From assembly GCA_018830125.1 (NCBI GenBank), contig JAHJSY010000002.1, forward strand, positions 1 through 51,398: 51,398 nucleotides of DNA, written 5' to 3'. Positions within the stretch are counted from its first letter, which is position 1, and each line of letters opens with the position of its first letter. A model generated the notes under the pieces. That model had not been told where the DNA came from and searched no databases. It saw only the letters and a program-made list of their open reading frames with translations. Origin of the DNA: Patescibacteria group bacterium (lineage in GTDB: Bacteria > Patescibacteriota > Minisyncoccia > Minisyncoccales > GWA2-38-27). A program made the position numbers and the translations under genes. Below are positions 35,680-46,513 of the stretch, piece after piece.

Positions 35680-37797
35680 ATGAAAATATTATTACAAACA
35701 ATTGAAAAAAGATTTAAATTAATTGCTGTTTTTCTTTTAGCGTTGATTTTGATCGCTTTTTTTGATAAGGCGCTGGCGATAGGACTTATGCTTCTTATTG
35801 TCTTAACAGGTCTTACCTTCTGGATTATTAAAAAATTGGGATTAAGTCGTAAATATCTTGTGATGCTTTTGTTGATTGCTTTGGCGATTCAATTATCAGC
35901 TACTTTGTTTATACATTATGCTAATTTTCAGCCTCTTGGCATTACCGGAGATGGAGACTTTAATAGTTATCATGAAGAAGCGGTTGAAATGTCTCTTCAT
36001 TTTAAAGAAGGAAATTTTTCTATGGAAGGGTTTAAACTGTCCCATTATTATACAATTGTCATAGGAGTTGTATATACACTTACCTTGCCCGAAATGATTG
36101 TCGGTCAATTATTTGGAGTTTGGTTGTCAGTTTTAGCAATTATTTTTGTTTATTTAATAGTTATTGAATTAGGTGGTTCGGAGAAATGGGCCTTTTTCAC
36201 TGGATTAATTACTATTGCTTATCCAAGCTTTCTTTTTTATAGCAGTTTGCTTTTAAAGGATACTTTGGTTATTCCTTTTGCATTATTAACAATGCTACTA
36301 ACACTGAAGTTAATCAAAAGTTTTTCTTGGAGGAACTTTTTATTTTTTGTTGTCTCTTTAAGCATCGCGTTTCATTTTCGTTATTATATCGGCTATGCTT
36401 TGCTTTTTGCTTTTCTTTTCTCATGGTTGTTATTGGCAAGATTGTCCTCGATTAAAAGAAAAATTGTTTATTCAATTATTATAATTATTATTTTAGGGTT
36501 TTTACCAATGGTTTTAAGGGGTCATGGATTCTACGGAATAAATATCTTTAGAGATAGTTTTACTTCTAAAAACGTTAATTTTCTTCAAGAAAGAGCGTAT
36601 AATCCTTCATTTCCTGTAATACTCACAGGGCTTGCAGGGTCCGCAGAGTTGGCAGAGTTCGCAGAGCCAATAGAAATAAATGCCTCCATGCCCTTAATTA
36701 ATAATCGTTTCAGGGGGTTTGCATCTACATGGGATAAAGAAGAAGTAAATCCTCAGAGGGAACCTTTAAGGTTTTTAACAAATCAATTAAAATATTTTGG
36801 TTATGTTCTGCTAGGACCTTTTCCTTGGCAAATGAGGTATTCGCGTCATCTCTTTGCTTTGTTTGAACTAATACCCTGGTATATCTTATTATTTTTTATT
36901 TGCAGGGGAGTATGGGAATCTATCAAATCTCGTAATAAATTAATTCTTCCCTTGATTATTTTCTCTATCCTCGCCTTAGGCGTCATGGCCTTATTTTTAA
37001 ATAATTTCGGGATTATTACCAGGATTAGAATACCAATTTTTATGACCCTTTTGTGTTTAATTCCCCTGGGCTTCAAAAGCAAGGTGCCGACTCTTACGGC
37101 CGTGGCTATTGAGATTAATTCGGCTTGTAATAGGAGATGTGCTTGGTGTCCTAACCACACCAATCATAGAGAAGTTAAATTTTTAGACGAGAAAGTTTTT
37201 TTTAAAGCAATAGATGAGCTTAGAGCAATGAATTTTAGGGGAAAAATAACCTTTAATTTATATAACGAACCATTACTTGATGAGCGACTTTTAGGGTTTA
37301 TAAGCTATGTAAAGAAAAATATTCCTTTAGCAAGTCAATATTTAAATACCAATGGAGATTTATTAAATTTGGATATTTGGGAAAAGCTTAGAAAGGCCGG
37401 CTTGGATTATGCAAACATTTCCCAATACGACGGTAAAATAAATGAGAACATAGAAAAGATTTTAAAAGGTATCGATTTAAAAGAAAAAAAACATTTCCGA
37501 GCTTTTGTTTTTGATCAAGATTCAATTTGCAATAGAGGTGGTTTGCTAAAATCAAAAAGAGAAATTAAGGTGCCTCTTAAAAAATATTGCAGTCAGCCCT
37601 TTTATCAATTATGCATAGACTATAAGGGAAAAGTCGTTCTATGTTGTAACGACTACCATGGCGCCGTTGTAATGGGAGACGTGCGTAATAACTCAATAGA
37701 AGAATTATGGGGAAATGGAAAATTTAGACATTATAGAAAAGAGCTTCTAAAAAGAAACAGATCTAATTTAAAATTATGCGATGTGTGCGATTCTTGA
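35680..37797 (+). CDS. Polytopic membrane protein (GT-C/polymerase-like) fused to a radical SAM + SPASM/twitch-like domain
   Basis: ~470-aa multi-TM region (GDFNSYH loop, LLKD), then EINSACNRRCAWCP (CxxxCxxC), NEPLL, LNTNG, C..PF..L.ID..G.V.LCC.D, C-terminal CDVC. Confidence 0.75.
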   Translation: MKILLQTIEKRFKLIAVFLLALILIAFFDKALAIGLMLLIVLTGLTFWIIKKLGLSRKYLVMLLLIALAIQLSATLFIHYANFQPLGITGDGDFNSYHEEAVEMSLHFKEGNFSMEGFKLSHYYTIVIGVVYTLTLPEMIVGQLFGVWLSVLAIIFVYLIVIELGGSEKWAFFTGLITIAYPSFLFYSSLLLKDTLVIPFALLTMLLTLKLIKSFSWRNFLFFVVSLSIAFHFRYYIGYALLFAFLFSWLLLARLSSIKRKIVYSIIIIIILGFLPMVLRGHGFYGINIFRDSFTSKNVNFLQERAYNPSFPVILTGLAGSAELAEFAEPIEINASMPLINNRFRGFASTWDKEEVNPQREPLRFLTNQLKYFGYVLLGPFPWQMRYSRHLFALFELIPWYILLFFICRGVWESIKSRNKLILPLIIFSILALGVMALFLNNFGIITRIRIPIFMTLLCLIPLGFKSKVPTLTAVAIEINSACNRRCAWCPNHTNHREVKFLDEKVFFKAIDELRAMNFRGKITFNLYNEPLLDERLLGFISYVKKNIPLASQYLNTNGDLLNLDIWEKLRKAGLDYANISQYDGKINENIEKILKGIDLKEKKHFRAFVFDQDSICNRGGLLKSKREIKVPLKKYCSQPFYQLCIDYKGKVVLCCNDYHGAVVMGDVRNNSIEELWGNGKFRHYRKELLKRNRSNLKLCDVCDS

Positions 37798-38437
37798 AAA
37801 AATAAAAATATATATTAAGAAAAAGACCTATCTTTGGCGCCTTTTATTGTTTAAGAAACCTAAATATTTTAAATATTTATTTGTCTGGATGAAATCGTCC
37901 AAATCAAATTCGCTTAAAGATAATGTTCCATGGTTGACATTTGAATGCCAAGAATGGCTCGATTCGGTTCTTAATAAAAATATGACTGTTTTAGAATGGG
38001 GAAGTGGGGGTTCTACTGTTTACATATCTAAAAAAGTAAAAAAGATGATATCTATTGAGCACATTCCTGAATGGCATGCTTCTGTTGTTAAAGAGTTACA
38101 AAAAAATAATATTGAAAATTGTGAATATATATTGAAAAAATATGACGAGAATAAGGGGTATAAGAATTATTATGAAGCAATTGACTCTTTCCCAGACGAA
38201 ACTTTTGATTTAGTTATTATTGATGGACGTTCTCGAAATTCTTGTATTTCTTATGCAATGAGAAAAATAAAAAAAGAGGGCTTTTTACTTTTAGATAATT
38301 CGGAAAGGAAAAGGTATTCTCCCGGAATGGACTTACTTAAAAATTGGGAGAGGAAAGATATCTTGGGCGTTGGAGCATATAATGCTGAAGAATGGCAAGC
38401 AACTATTTGGAAAAAAAGGGAAAAAGAGATAGAATAA
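37781..38437 (+). CDS. Class I SAM-dependent methyltransferase-like protein
   Basis: VPWLT, VLEWGSGGST, ISIEH, FDLVIIDGRSR, LLLDNS. Confidence 0.75.
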   Translation: MCAILEKIKIYIKKKTYLWRLLLFKKPKYFKYLFVWMKSSKSNSLKDNVPWLTFECQEWLDSVLNKNMTVLEWGSGGSTVYISKKVKKMISIEHIPEWHASVVKELQKNNIENCEYILKKYDENKGYKNYYEAIDSFPDETFDLVIIDGRSRNSCISYAMRKIKKEGFLLLDNSERKRYSPGMDLLKNWERKDILGVGAYNAEEWQATIWKKREKEIE

Positions 38438-38445
38438 AAAATACT

Positions 38446-39264
38446 ATGAAAGCTATTATTAAACCTAAAAAGGGATTGGCCAGTTTGGATTTTAAAGAAC
38501 TGTGGTCATACAGGGAGCTTTTTTATTTTTTTGCCTGGAGAGATATTAAATTACGTTATAAACAAACTATGTTTGGCGTTACCTGGGCGATAATGAGACC
38601 CTTTATAACCATGATAGTCTTTACGGTTGTATTTGGAAAATTGGCTGCTGTTCCATCAGATAATATTCCGTATCCTATTTTCGTTTATGCCGGTCTTTTG
38701 CTATGGAATATTTTTTCAAACTCTTTAAGTCATGCCAGTCAAAGTTTAGTTGAAAATGCTAACGTTATTAGAAAGGTTTATTTGCCCAAAGTCATAATAC
38801 CAGCTGCTTCCGTAATAGTTACTCTAGTTGATTTTTTCTTTGCCGCTCTGGTTTTTATAGGAATCATTGTTTATTATGGATTTATACCTAATTTGCAAGG
38901 CTTATTGTTTTTGCCCTTATGTTTGGTTATTACTATTTTTTCTAGCTTAGGTTTGGGTTGGTTTTTTGCCGCTCTCAATGTTAGATTTCGTGATGTTCGT
39001 TATGCCCTACCTTTCTTTATTCAATTGTTAATATTTGTAACGCCAGTAATTTATCCAGCAAGTATTGTCCCAAAAGCATATCAATGGATGCTATCTTTAA
39101 ATCCTATGACGGGAGCAATAGAAACATTTAAGGCATCTTTTTTGGGAACCTCGGCTATAAATTGGGAAAGCTTAGGAATCTCAGTTGTTGTCAGCATTGT
39201 CTTTTTAATTTTCGGCTTATGGTATTTTCTTAAAACAGAAAAAAACTTTTCTGATATTATATGA
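38446..39264 (+). CDS. wzm: ABC-2 polysaccharide exporter permease
   Basis: RDIKLRYKQT..G..WA, FVTPVIYP, LNPM. Confidence 0.9.
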   Translation: MKAIIKPKKGLASLDFKELWSYRELFYFFAWRDIKLRYKQTMFGVTWAIMRPFITMIVFTVVFGKLAAVPSDNIPYPIFVYAGLLLWNIFSNSLSHASQSLVENANVIRKVYLPKVIIPAASVIVTLVDFFFAALVFIGIIVYYGFIPNLQGLLFLPLCLVITIFSSLGLGWFFAALNVRFRDVRYALPFFIQLLIFVTPVIYPASIVPKAYQWMLSLNPMTGAIETFKASFLGTSAINWESLGISVVVSIVFLIFGLWYFLKTEKNFSDII

Positions 39265-40505
39265 GTATTATAAAAGTAGAAAATTTATCAAAGAAATATA
39301 CAATCCTGCATCGTAGAGACGGAGGGAGACATTATCTTACTCTTCGGGACGAATTAACCAACTTAATATTTGGCAGAAGATCGACAAAAGAAGACGTCTG
39401 GGTTTTAAAAAATATGAGTTTCCAAATTGAACCTGGGGAAATTGTAGGAATTATCGGACCAAACGGGGCTGGGAAAACAACTCTTTTAAAAGTTCTAACC
39501 AAAATTACTTCGCCAACTGAAGGAAGAGCAATTATTAATGGTCGGGTGGGTAGTTTATTAGAGGTGGGGACTGGCTTTCATCCAGAACTGACTGGCCGGG
39601 AGAATATTTATTTAAATGGGGCGATTTTGGGAATGAAAAAAAAGGAGATTGAGAAAAAATTTAATCAGATTGTGGATTTTGCTGGAATAGAAAAATTCTT
39701 AGATACTCCAGCTAAACGTTATTCCAGTGGCATGTTTGTTAGATTGGCCTTTTCAGTAGCCGCCCATTTAGAACCAGATGTTTTGTTAGTAGACGAGGTT
39801 TTAGCAGTGGGAGATGCTGAGTTTCAAAAAAAATCTTTAGGCAGAATGAAAGAAATTACTGAAAATGCTCAAAGAACTATTTTATTTGTTAGTCATAATA
39901 TGGATGCAGTTAGAAGTTTGTGTGATAGAGTTATTTTAATAGATAAAGGAAGAATAAAATATATCGGTGATGTTAAAGAGGGTATTGATAAATATCTTTC
40001 AAACCAAAAACACTCTTCAATGACTCGCAAAGAATATTCAATTAAACCGGAATCAGTTGGTCAAGTTCGTTCTATTGAACTCAAAGACCAATCAAATCAT
40101 TCTTGTAATAACTTTCAGGCCGACGAGAGGGCAATAGTAGAAGTTTGTTTTGAAGTAAGGCAAGATATAAACGGATATGAGTTTGAAATCTGCCTTTTTA
40201 AAAATAATAGTCCAATTTGGCTATCTTCGGACAGCGATTTTAATTATTTCACGTCAATAAAGAAAGAAAAAGGAATTTACAAAAAACAAATAGAATTGCC
40301 AATAAATTTATTGAAACCAGGAAATTATGCAATAGGGGCACGTATCGGTGTTCGTGATCAAGTACCGATTGACAGCCAATTTAACGATGTTTTAAATTTT
40401 AATTTAATATTATCAGATAAAAAATTACTTAATACAACCTTGCATCCTGATAGACTAGGACTCCTGGCTGTTTTAAAAGAATGGAAAGATATAAAGAACG
40501 GATAA
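39261..40505 (+). CDS. wzt: Polysaccharide ABC exporter ATPase with C-terminal Wzt_C-like domain
   Basis: GPNGAGKTT, GFHPELTGRENI, YSSGMFVRLAF, DEVLAVGDAEF. Confidence 0.92.
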   Translation: MSIIKVENLSKKYTILHRRDGGRHYLTLRDELTNLIFGRRSTKEDVWVLKNMSFQIEPGEIVGIIGPNGAGKTTLLKVLTKITSPTEGRAIINGRVGSLLEVGTGFHPELTGRENIYLNGAILGMKKKEIEKKFNQIVDFAGIEKFLDTPAKRYSSGMFVRLAFSVAAHLEPDVLLVDEVLAVGDAEFQKKSLGRMKEITENAQRTILFVSHNMDAVRSLCDRVILIDKGRIKYIGDVKEGIDKYLSNQKHSSMTRKEYSIKPESVGQVRSIELKDQSNHSCNNFQADERAIVEVCFEVRQDINGYEFEICLFKNNSPIWLSSDSDFNYFTSIKKEKGIYKKQIELPINLLKPGNYAIGARIGVRDQVPIDSQFNDVLNFNLILSDKKLLNTTLHPDRLGLLAVLKEWKDIKNG

Positions 40506-41071
40506 AAGCTACAACTAATTTATTGAAAAAAATAAATTTAGCAGAAAATGCTCGGTATCTTGATATTGGATGTCATTCAGGGAAAATGACAGTTACAAAC
40601 GCTAAAGAGATGAATATTGATCTGGTTAATACATATGGAGTAGATTGGAACAAAGAAGCTCTTGAGCAGGCAAGTGGGTCATTCAAGGTAGCTAATATAG
40701 ACATTGAAAAAGAGCGTCTTCCATACCCTGATAATTATTTTGATGTGGTTACCGTTAGCGAAGTTTTTGAACATCTTAGAGATATTAATTTTGTATTAGA
40801 TGAAATACACCGCGTATTAAAAACAAACGGCTTTCTTTTTATATCTATGCCCAATCTGGCAGCTTTGCATAATCGTATTTTGCTTCTTTTTGGTCGTCAG
40901 CCAAGGTGTATAAGTTTATCTGTCGGATCTCATTTTAGGGGCTTTACTTTTCCGGCGTGGAAGAAATTACTATCTACTAAAGAATTTCAAGTTATTAAAA
41001 AAGGGGGAGCGGGTCTTTACCCAATTTCTTCTTTTGCGATTTGGACGCTTATCCTCGCAATAAAAAAATGA
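40481..41071 (+). CDS. Class I SAM-dependent methyltransferase
   Basis: YLDIGCHSG, LPYPDNYFDVV..EVFEHL, ISMPN. Confidence 0.85.
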   Translation: MERYKERIKATTNLLKKINLAENARYLDIGCHSGKMTVTNAKEMNIDLVNTYGVDWNKEALEQASGSFKVANIDIEKERLPYPDNYFDVVTVSEVFEHLRDINFVLDEIHRVLKTNGFLFISMPNLAALHNRILLLFGRQPRCISLSVGSHFRGFTFPAWKKLLSTKEFQVIKKGGAGLYPISSFAIWTLILAIKK

Positions 41072-41790
41072 TTATAGAAATAGGCAAAAAACTTCTTAAT
41101 AAAAAATGTTTTAGTAAGCTAAGATATATGTTGACTTTTAGTGCAGAAATTAGTAACGACTTTATAACTAAAACAGCAAGAAGCGAAATAGGGGCTGGCA
41201 GTAAGATTTTAGACGCTGGAGCTGGTCATAATAGATTTAAAAAATATTTTCCAGATTGCCTGTATAAGACACAAGATTTTAAGCAATATGGTGAGATTGA
41301 CTATGTTTGTGATATTATAAATATACCAGTTGAGGCAAGTAGTTTTGACGTAATAATTTGCACTGAGGTATTTGAACATATTCCAAGACCAGATTTAGCT
41401 CTTAAGGAGTTTTTTAGAATACTTAAACCTAACGGGAAGCTGTATATTACCGCTCCCTTAAATTCGGTAATTCATCAGGCGCCTTATCATTATTATGGTG
41501 GTTTTTCTAAATTTTGGTATTCAAGATATTTAAATAAATATGGTTTTAAAGAAATTGATATTAAGAAGAAGAAGGGATTTTTTGCTTTTTACAGTTATGA
41601 AACTTTTAGAGCATTACTTTTCTTGATAAAATCTAAAAAATGGAGACATAAGATATTAATCCCACTCACGGTTCCTTTGATTTTTATTTTGCCTCCTTTG
41701 CTATTTGGTTTAGACAAACATAATTTAGATACCTATAAATTGGATACTGAATGTACGGCGGGTTATATAGTAAAAGCAATAAAAAAATAA
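41068..41790 (+). CDS. Class I SAM-dependent methyltransferase
   Basis: ILDAGAG, FDVIICTEVFEHIP, LKPNGKLYITAP. Confidence 0.85.
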   Translation: MIIEIGKKLLNKKCFSKLRYMLTFSAEISNDFITKTARSEIGAGSKILDAGAGHNRFKKYFPDCLYKTQDFKQYGEIDYVCDIINIPVEASSFDVIICTEVFEHIPRPDLALKEFFRILKPNGKLYITAPLNSVIHQAPYHYYGGFSKFWYSRYLNKYGFKEIDIKKKKGFFAFYSYETFRALLFLIKSKKWRHKILIPLTVPLIFILPPLLFGLDKHNLDTYKLDTECTAGYIVKAIKK

Positions 41791-41793
41791 AAG

Positions 41794-43230
41794 ATGCTTG
41801 ATAGAATTATTAAAAAGCAAATTTTCAAAAATACTTTTTGGTTAGGATTAAGCGAAGGCATTTCTCGCTTAGCCATGTTTTTGTTAATAATTTATGTAGC
41901 TAGAATATTAGGACCAAATCAGTTTGGAGTTTTTAGCTTTGCTTTAGCTTTTTGTTCTCTCTTTTTAATTTTTTCTCACCTTGGACTCTCTGAAATTATT
42001 ATCAGAGAATTAGCGGAAGACAAAGAAAATGAAAAAAAATACCCAGCAATTTTAACTTTAAAAATCTCTTTATCTATTTTTGCTTATCTCCTTTTATTTT
42101 TGAGCTCTTTTTTTATTAGTAATGAAATGAGAAAGATTGTTTGGATTTTAGGAATATATGTTCTATCTAATAATTTTTTGATTATTATTTACGCTTTCTT
42201 CCGAGCTCGTCAAAAAATGAAATATGAGGCAGGAATAAAAATTATCCAATCATTTTTAATCCTTGGAATGGGTTTTATTTTGCTTAAATATATTCCTTCA
42301 GTGGAAACACTGGGTTATGTTTTGTTTGGGTCAACATTATTGACTATACTTTTCGTTTTAACACTCTTCTCTATATTCATAATGCCGATTTCTCTTTCTT
42401 TTGACTTCGCTGTCTGGAAAAATTTTTTAAAACTTTCTTGGCCATTGGGTCTTGCTGTTGCGATCGGAGTAATTTTATTAAGGATTAATTCGGTCATGAT
42501 GGGTTATCTAGGTCAATTAACCGAAGTTGGATGGTATAATGCTGCTTACCGCATTGTAGGAATAGCTATAATTTTTTCAGCGTTAATGCTTTCAAGTTTT
42601 TTCCCTGCTTTAAGTAAGATATTCAAAGAATCAAAAGAGCGAGCTGAACAGATATATAATCTATATCGAGAAATAACTATTGCTATCGCTGTTCCGCTTG
42701 TTGTGTCGGGGATAGTTCTATCATCTAAGATTATCTTATTTTTATATGGGGCAAGTTATTTGCCAGCCGTCTTGGCATTTCAAATTCTAATTGGCGTTGC
42801 TGGAATAAATTTTCTTTATAATCCTTATAGTATGATGTTTGTAGTTTCTAATAAACAAAAAGCAATATTAATTATTAGTTCTATTACAGTCGGGATCAAC
42901 ATAGTATTAAATATTATTTTAATTCCTCGCTATAGTCTTTATGGAGCGGCTATAGCAACCCTGATAAGTTATTTAATCCTTTTATTTATTACATTTGAAA
43001 TTTCGCGAAGACTTAATCTCTTTAATCTTGTTTATCGGAATCTATTTAAAACATTGATTATTTCTATTTTTTCTACTATGATGATGATAGGAATCATTAC
43101 AATACCATACATATTTTCTCTTCATATTTTGCTTTTAATTGCTTTGGGAATAGTAATTTACTTAACAATTTTATTTTTCTTTATCCAAGTAGGTCTTCTT
43201 GGATTAAATCTTAAACATTGGCTAACCTAA
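41794..43230 (+). CDS. wzx: Wzx-type (MOP family) flippase
   Basis: IFKNTFW, ARILGP..FG, VGWYNAAYR, LIPRYSLYGAAIAT; many TM helices. Confidence 0.88.
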   Translation: MLDRIIKKQIFKNTFWLGLSEGISRLAMFLLIIYVARILGPNQFGVFSFALAFCSLFLIFSHLGLSEIIIRELAEDKENEKKYPAILTLKISLSIFAYLLLFLSSFFISNEMRKIVWILGIYVLSNNFLIIIYAFFRARQKMKYEAGIKIIQSFLILGMGFILLKYIPSVETLGYVLFGSTLLTILFVLTLFSIFIMPISLSFDFAVWKNFLKLSWPLGLAVAIGVILLRINSVMMGYLGQLTEVGWYNAAYRIVGIAIIFSALMLSSFFPALSKIFKESKERAEQIYNLYREITIAIAVPLVVSGIVLSSKIILFLYGASYLPAVLAFQILIGVAGINFLYNPYSMMFVVSNKQKAILIISSITVGINIVLNIILIPRYSLYGAAIATLISYLILLFITFEISRRLNLFNLVYRNLFKTLIISIFSTMMMIGIITIPYIFSLHILLLIALGIVIYLTILFFFIQVGLLGLNLKHWLT

Positions 43231-43235
43231 AAAAT

Positions 43236-43952
43236 ATGTTTAACATAATTGAACCAATATATAAATTAATAAGAAAACCTCGTTTTCGCTACTCGTTATT
43301 TATTGAAGGTATGCGGAGGTTGTTTTACACTTACGATGAAAGAGAAGCAGTAATGAAAAGAATAATGGAGTGGGCCTTTTTTAGAGATTTAAAAGGTGAT
43401 TATATGGAATTTGGGGTATATGAAGGAAATAGCTTTATTAGGGCATTTTATTTCGCAAAATTCAGAAAACTTTCCGCTATGAAATTTTATGCCTTTGATT
43501 CATTTTCTGGCTATCCGCCCCTAGAAGGAATTGATAAAGATTGCGGTTATTTTGAAGAAAATGGATATGAGGCTGATTTAAAAACATTCAAAAAAAATCT
43601 TACAAGAGCTGGGGTGGACATGAAAAGAGTTAGAATTATACCTAGTTTGTTTAGCGAACTTAATCAGAAAGCAAAAGAGAAGATTGAAAGCAAGGTAGCT
43701 TCAGTGGTTTGGATAGACTGCGATCTTTATAAGGCCACCCTGGAGTCTCTTAATTTTTTAAATAATTATATTACCGATGGAACTATTATAGTTTTTGCTG
43801 ATTGGTTTGCCTGTAACGGAGCTCTTCATATGGGTCAGCCAAGAGCTGTTCGGGAATGGTTAGAAAATAATCCGAATATAAAACTAATAGAATTTTCTAA
43901 TCTTTGCGGAAAGGTATTTATTGTTTCTTCGGTTCAAAAAATTGAATTATGA
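43236..43952 (+). CDS. TylF/MycF/NovP-family O-methyltransferase
   Basis: GDYMEFGVYEG, YAFDSFSGYP, WIDCDLY, GTIIVFADW. Confidence 0.85.
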   Translation: MFNIIEPIYKLIRKPRFRYSLFIEGMRRLFYTYDEREAVMKRIMEWAFFRDLKGDYMEFGVYEGNSFIRAFYFAKFRKLSAMKFYAFDSFSGYPPLEGIDKDCGYFEENGYEADLKTFKKNLTRAGVDMKRVRIIPSLFSELNQKAKEKIESKVASVVWIDCDLYKATLESLNFLNNYITDGTIIVFADWFACNGALHMGQPRAVREWLENNPNIKLIEFSNLCGKVFIVSSVQKIEL

Positions 43953-45037
43953 AAATAGAAAAAATAAAAAGAATACTTCCAGACAACTTAAAAAGAATTA
44001 TTAAAAATAAATATAGAAGCTTAGTCGGTTCTAAGTCCCTAGAGGTCATATTAGAAGAAGAAATTGAGAAAAATATTATTCCAGGTAAGCCCCTTCTTCT
44101 TTATGTTGCTAACAGATATAATTACGGAGACCATACTCGAGGATTAGGCTATGTTCATTATAATTTTTATAATAGTTTTTTACGCTTAGGATATTCATTC
44201 ATTTATTTTGATTATGATCGTATTGCTCAACGTTTCGGAGCCAAAAAAACCTCTCAAATGTTACGCGAGGCAATTTATCATTATCAGCCAGAATTTCTTT
44301 TTTATTTTCATTGTCGAGATATTATTGATCATTTGGTTTGGAAAGAAGTATCAAATGAACTTCCGACAAAGACCATAATTTATCTTGCTGATGATTTTTG
44401 GCGTTATAAGTTTACTCAATCCGTATCAAGTTTGTTTAATCTAATTGTTACTCTTGATAAAGATGCCCACAAAAGACGTCTTAGCCAGGGATTTTCAAAT
44501 GTGTTTTTCTCCCAATGGGGGATAAATCAGTTTATGTATCGCGATCTTGGACTCAAACGCATATACGATGTTAGTTTTATTGGTCAAGCATACGGAGACA
44601 GAGCTAAAATTATAAATAGGCTTCGTGAGGCAGGAATTAAAGTAAATACATTCGGGCAGGGTTGGCCAGGACAAAAAAGGATCGGGCAAGGAGATCTCTT
44701 AAAAATATATAATCAGAGTAAAATCGTATTTAATATTTCTTCTACCTCGCATGGAAATTTTGCTATCAATGCTCGTGATTTCGAAGCTCCAGCTTGCGGA
44801 GCACTTCTTTTTACTCATGATATAGTTGATATTTATGATTATTTTGTACCAAATAAGGAAATTATCACTTATCGTGATTTTAATGATGCAATAAAAAAGA
44901 TTAAATATTATTTAAAGAATCAAGAGGAAGCCAAGTTGATTGCAAGGGCTGGACAGAAGCGTGTTTTAGTAGACCATACTTATGAAAAAAGATTTCAAGA
45001 AATTTTTAAAAGGATTGGCAAGAGCTCCTTATCATAA
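43949..45037 (+). CDS. CgeB-like glycosyltransferase (Glyco_trans_1_2)
   Basis: YDVSFIGQ, YNQSKIVFN, NARDFEAPACG, DHTYEKR. Confidence 0.8.
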   Translation: MKIEKIKRILPDNLKRIIKNKYRSLVGSKSLEVILEEEIEKNIIPGKPLLLYVANRYNYGDHTRGLGYVHYNFYNSFLRLGYSFIYFDYDRIAQRFGAKKTSQMLREAIYHYQPEFLFYFHCRDIIDHLVWKEVSNELPTKTIIYLADDFWRYKFTQSVSSLFNLIVTLDKDAHKRRLSQGFSNVFFSQWGINQFMYRDLGLKRIYDVSFIGQAYGDRAKIINRLREAGIKVNTFGQGWPGQKRIGQGDLLKIYNQSKIVFNISSTSHGNFAINARDFEAPACGALLFTHDIVDIYDYFVPNKEIITYRDFNDAIKKIKYYLKNQEEAKLIARAGQKRVLVDHTYEKRFQEIFKRIGKSSLS

Positions 45038-45725
45038 ATTAGGATTAGGAATAAAGTTAAACGAGCCATTAATAAGTGATCTGGCTCAATATTTTTCCTT
45101 GAATAGAAAAGAGGTTATTTTTTATTTAAAAAATAGTAAAAAATTAAATGCCGATCTTTGGAATATATCTAGCCCTAAAACCGAACAAGAAATAGAACAA
45201 TTCTATGCCTTCACTCCTTATTATGTTTTCGCTTTAGCTTATTGGCACATGAAAAAGTATCAAAGAAATCTTCGCCAAAATATATTAAATTATGCTTATG
45301 GAGATATTTTAGATTATGGAGCAGGAATGGGTGATTTATGCTTAGATCTTTCTAAAGAACCTCTATTTTCCTCTATCACCTATGCCGATGTGGGCGGCAA
45401 AACATTTAATTTTGCCAAATGGCTTCTTGGAAAAAATGATGCATCTATTAAGGTAATTAATTTAGATAAAGAAAAAATTCAAGGACCATACGATACGATT
45501 ATTTGCATTGATGTTATTGAGCATATTTTAAATCCCGAAAACCTAATCAAAAATCTTAATAATAATTTAAAAAGTGGAGGCAGGTTAATTATAACAAATC
45601 TAGAAATTAAAGAGGTTTCAAAACAAGATCCCATGCATTTCGGACTTAAATTTGACGCCAAAGAATATTTACAGTCATTAGGATTAATTAATAAAGATTT
45701 TTCTTGGTTATGGATAAAAAATTAG
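44982..45725 (+). CDS. Class I SAM-dependent methyltransferase
   Basis: ILDYGAGMG, YDTIICIDVIEHI, LKSGGRLII. Confidence 0.8.
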   Translation: MKKDFKKFLKGLARAPYHKLGLGIKLNEPLISDLAQYFSLNRKEVIFYLKNSKKLNADLWNISSPKTEQEIEQFYAFTPYYVFALAYWHMKKYQRNLRQNILNYAYGDILDYGAGMGDLCLDLSKEPLFSSITYADVGGKTFNFAKWLLGKNDASIKVINLDKEKIQGPYDTIICIDVIEHILNPENLIKNLNNNLKSGGRLIITNLEIKEVSKQDPMHFGLKFDAKEYLQSLGLINKDFSWLWIKN

Positions 45726-46513
45726 TCTCTATAATTCTCGCAACCCATAATAGGAGATATTGTATTGAAAAAGCTATCAAATCTGTTTTAAGTCAGACCT
45801 ATTTTGATTGGGAGCTTTTAATTATTAATGATGGTTCTACTGATGAGACACTTAATATTTTAAATAACTATAAAGATTCAAGAATTAAAATTATTAGTAA
45901 CAAAGAAAATATTGGTTTTGTTAAATCATTAAATAAGGGATTGAGCATGGCTAAAGGAAAATATATTGCTCGTCTAGATGATGATGATTATTGGTCTGAC
46001 AAAGATAAGCTTAAAAAACAGGTTAATTTTTTAGAAGATAATCCTAAATATGTTTTGGTCGGTGGGTGGGCAATTAGAGTAAACGAGAGTGGCAAGGAGA
46101 TAGGAAAAATTATAGTTCCCGAAAAAGACAAGGATATTAGAAAAACGATGCTTATTACTTGCCCCTTTGTTCATAGTAGCGTTTTATTCAAAAATGGGTT
46201 AGTATCAGGATATGATGATTCTTTGTATTTTTCCCAGGACTCTGATATGTGGGCAAAATTAGGGAAAACTGGTAAAATATATAATTTCCAACAGCCACTT
46301 ATCCATTTTTTAGATGGAGATTATAATAGAACAGATAAAAGAAAACATTATCATTTATGGTTGAAACAAAAAGTAAGGGTTAGGCATAGAAAAGATTATC
46401 CTAATTTTTATAAAGCTTATTTTATCGGTTGGGGAGCTTATTTGTTTTCTTTCTTGCCTTTCCAAAAAAAACTAAAACCATTATATCTTAAAATAAGAAG
46501 AATTTTTATATGA
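45710..46513 (+). CDS. Glycosyltransferase family 2
   Basis: VSIILATHN, INDGSTD, ARLDDDD. Confidence 0.9.
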   Translation: MDKKLVSIILATHNRRYCIEKAIKSVLSQTYFDWELLIINDGSTDETLNILNNYKDSRIKIISNKENIGFVKSLNKGLSMAKGKYIARLDDDDYWSDKDKLKKQVNFLEDNPKYVLVGGWAIRVNESGKEIGKIIVPEKDKDIRKTMLITCPFVHSSVLFKNGLVSGYDDSLYFSQDSDMWAKLGKTGKIYNFQQPLIHFLDGDYNRTDKRKHYHLWLKQKVRVRHRKDYPNFYKAYFIGWGAYLFSFLPFQKKLKPLYLKIRRIFI

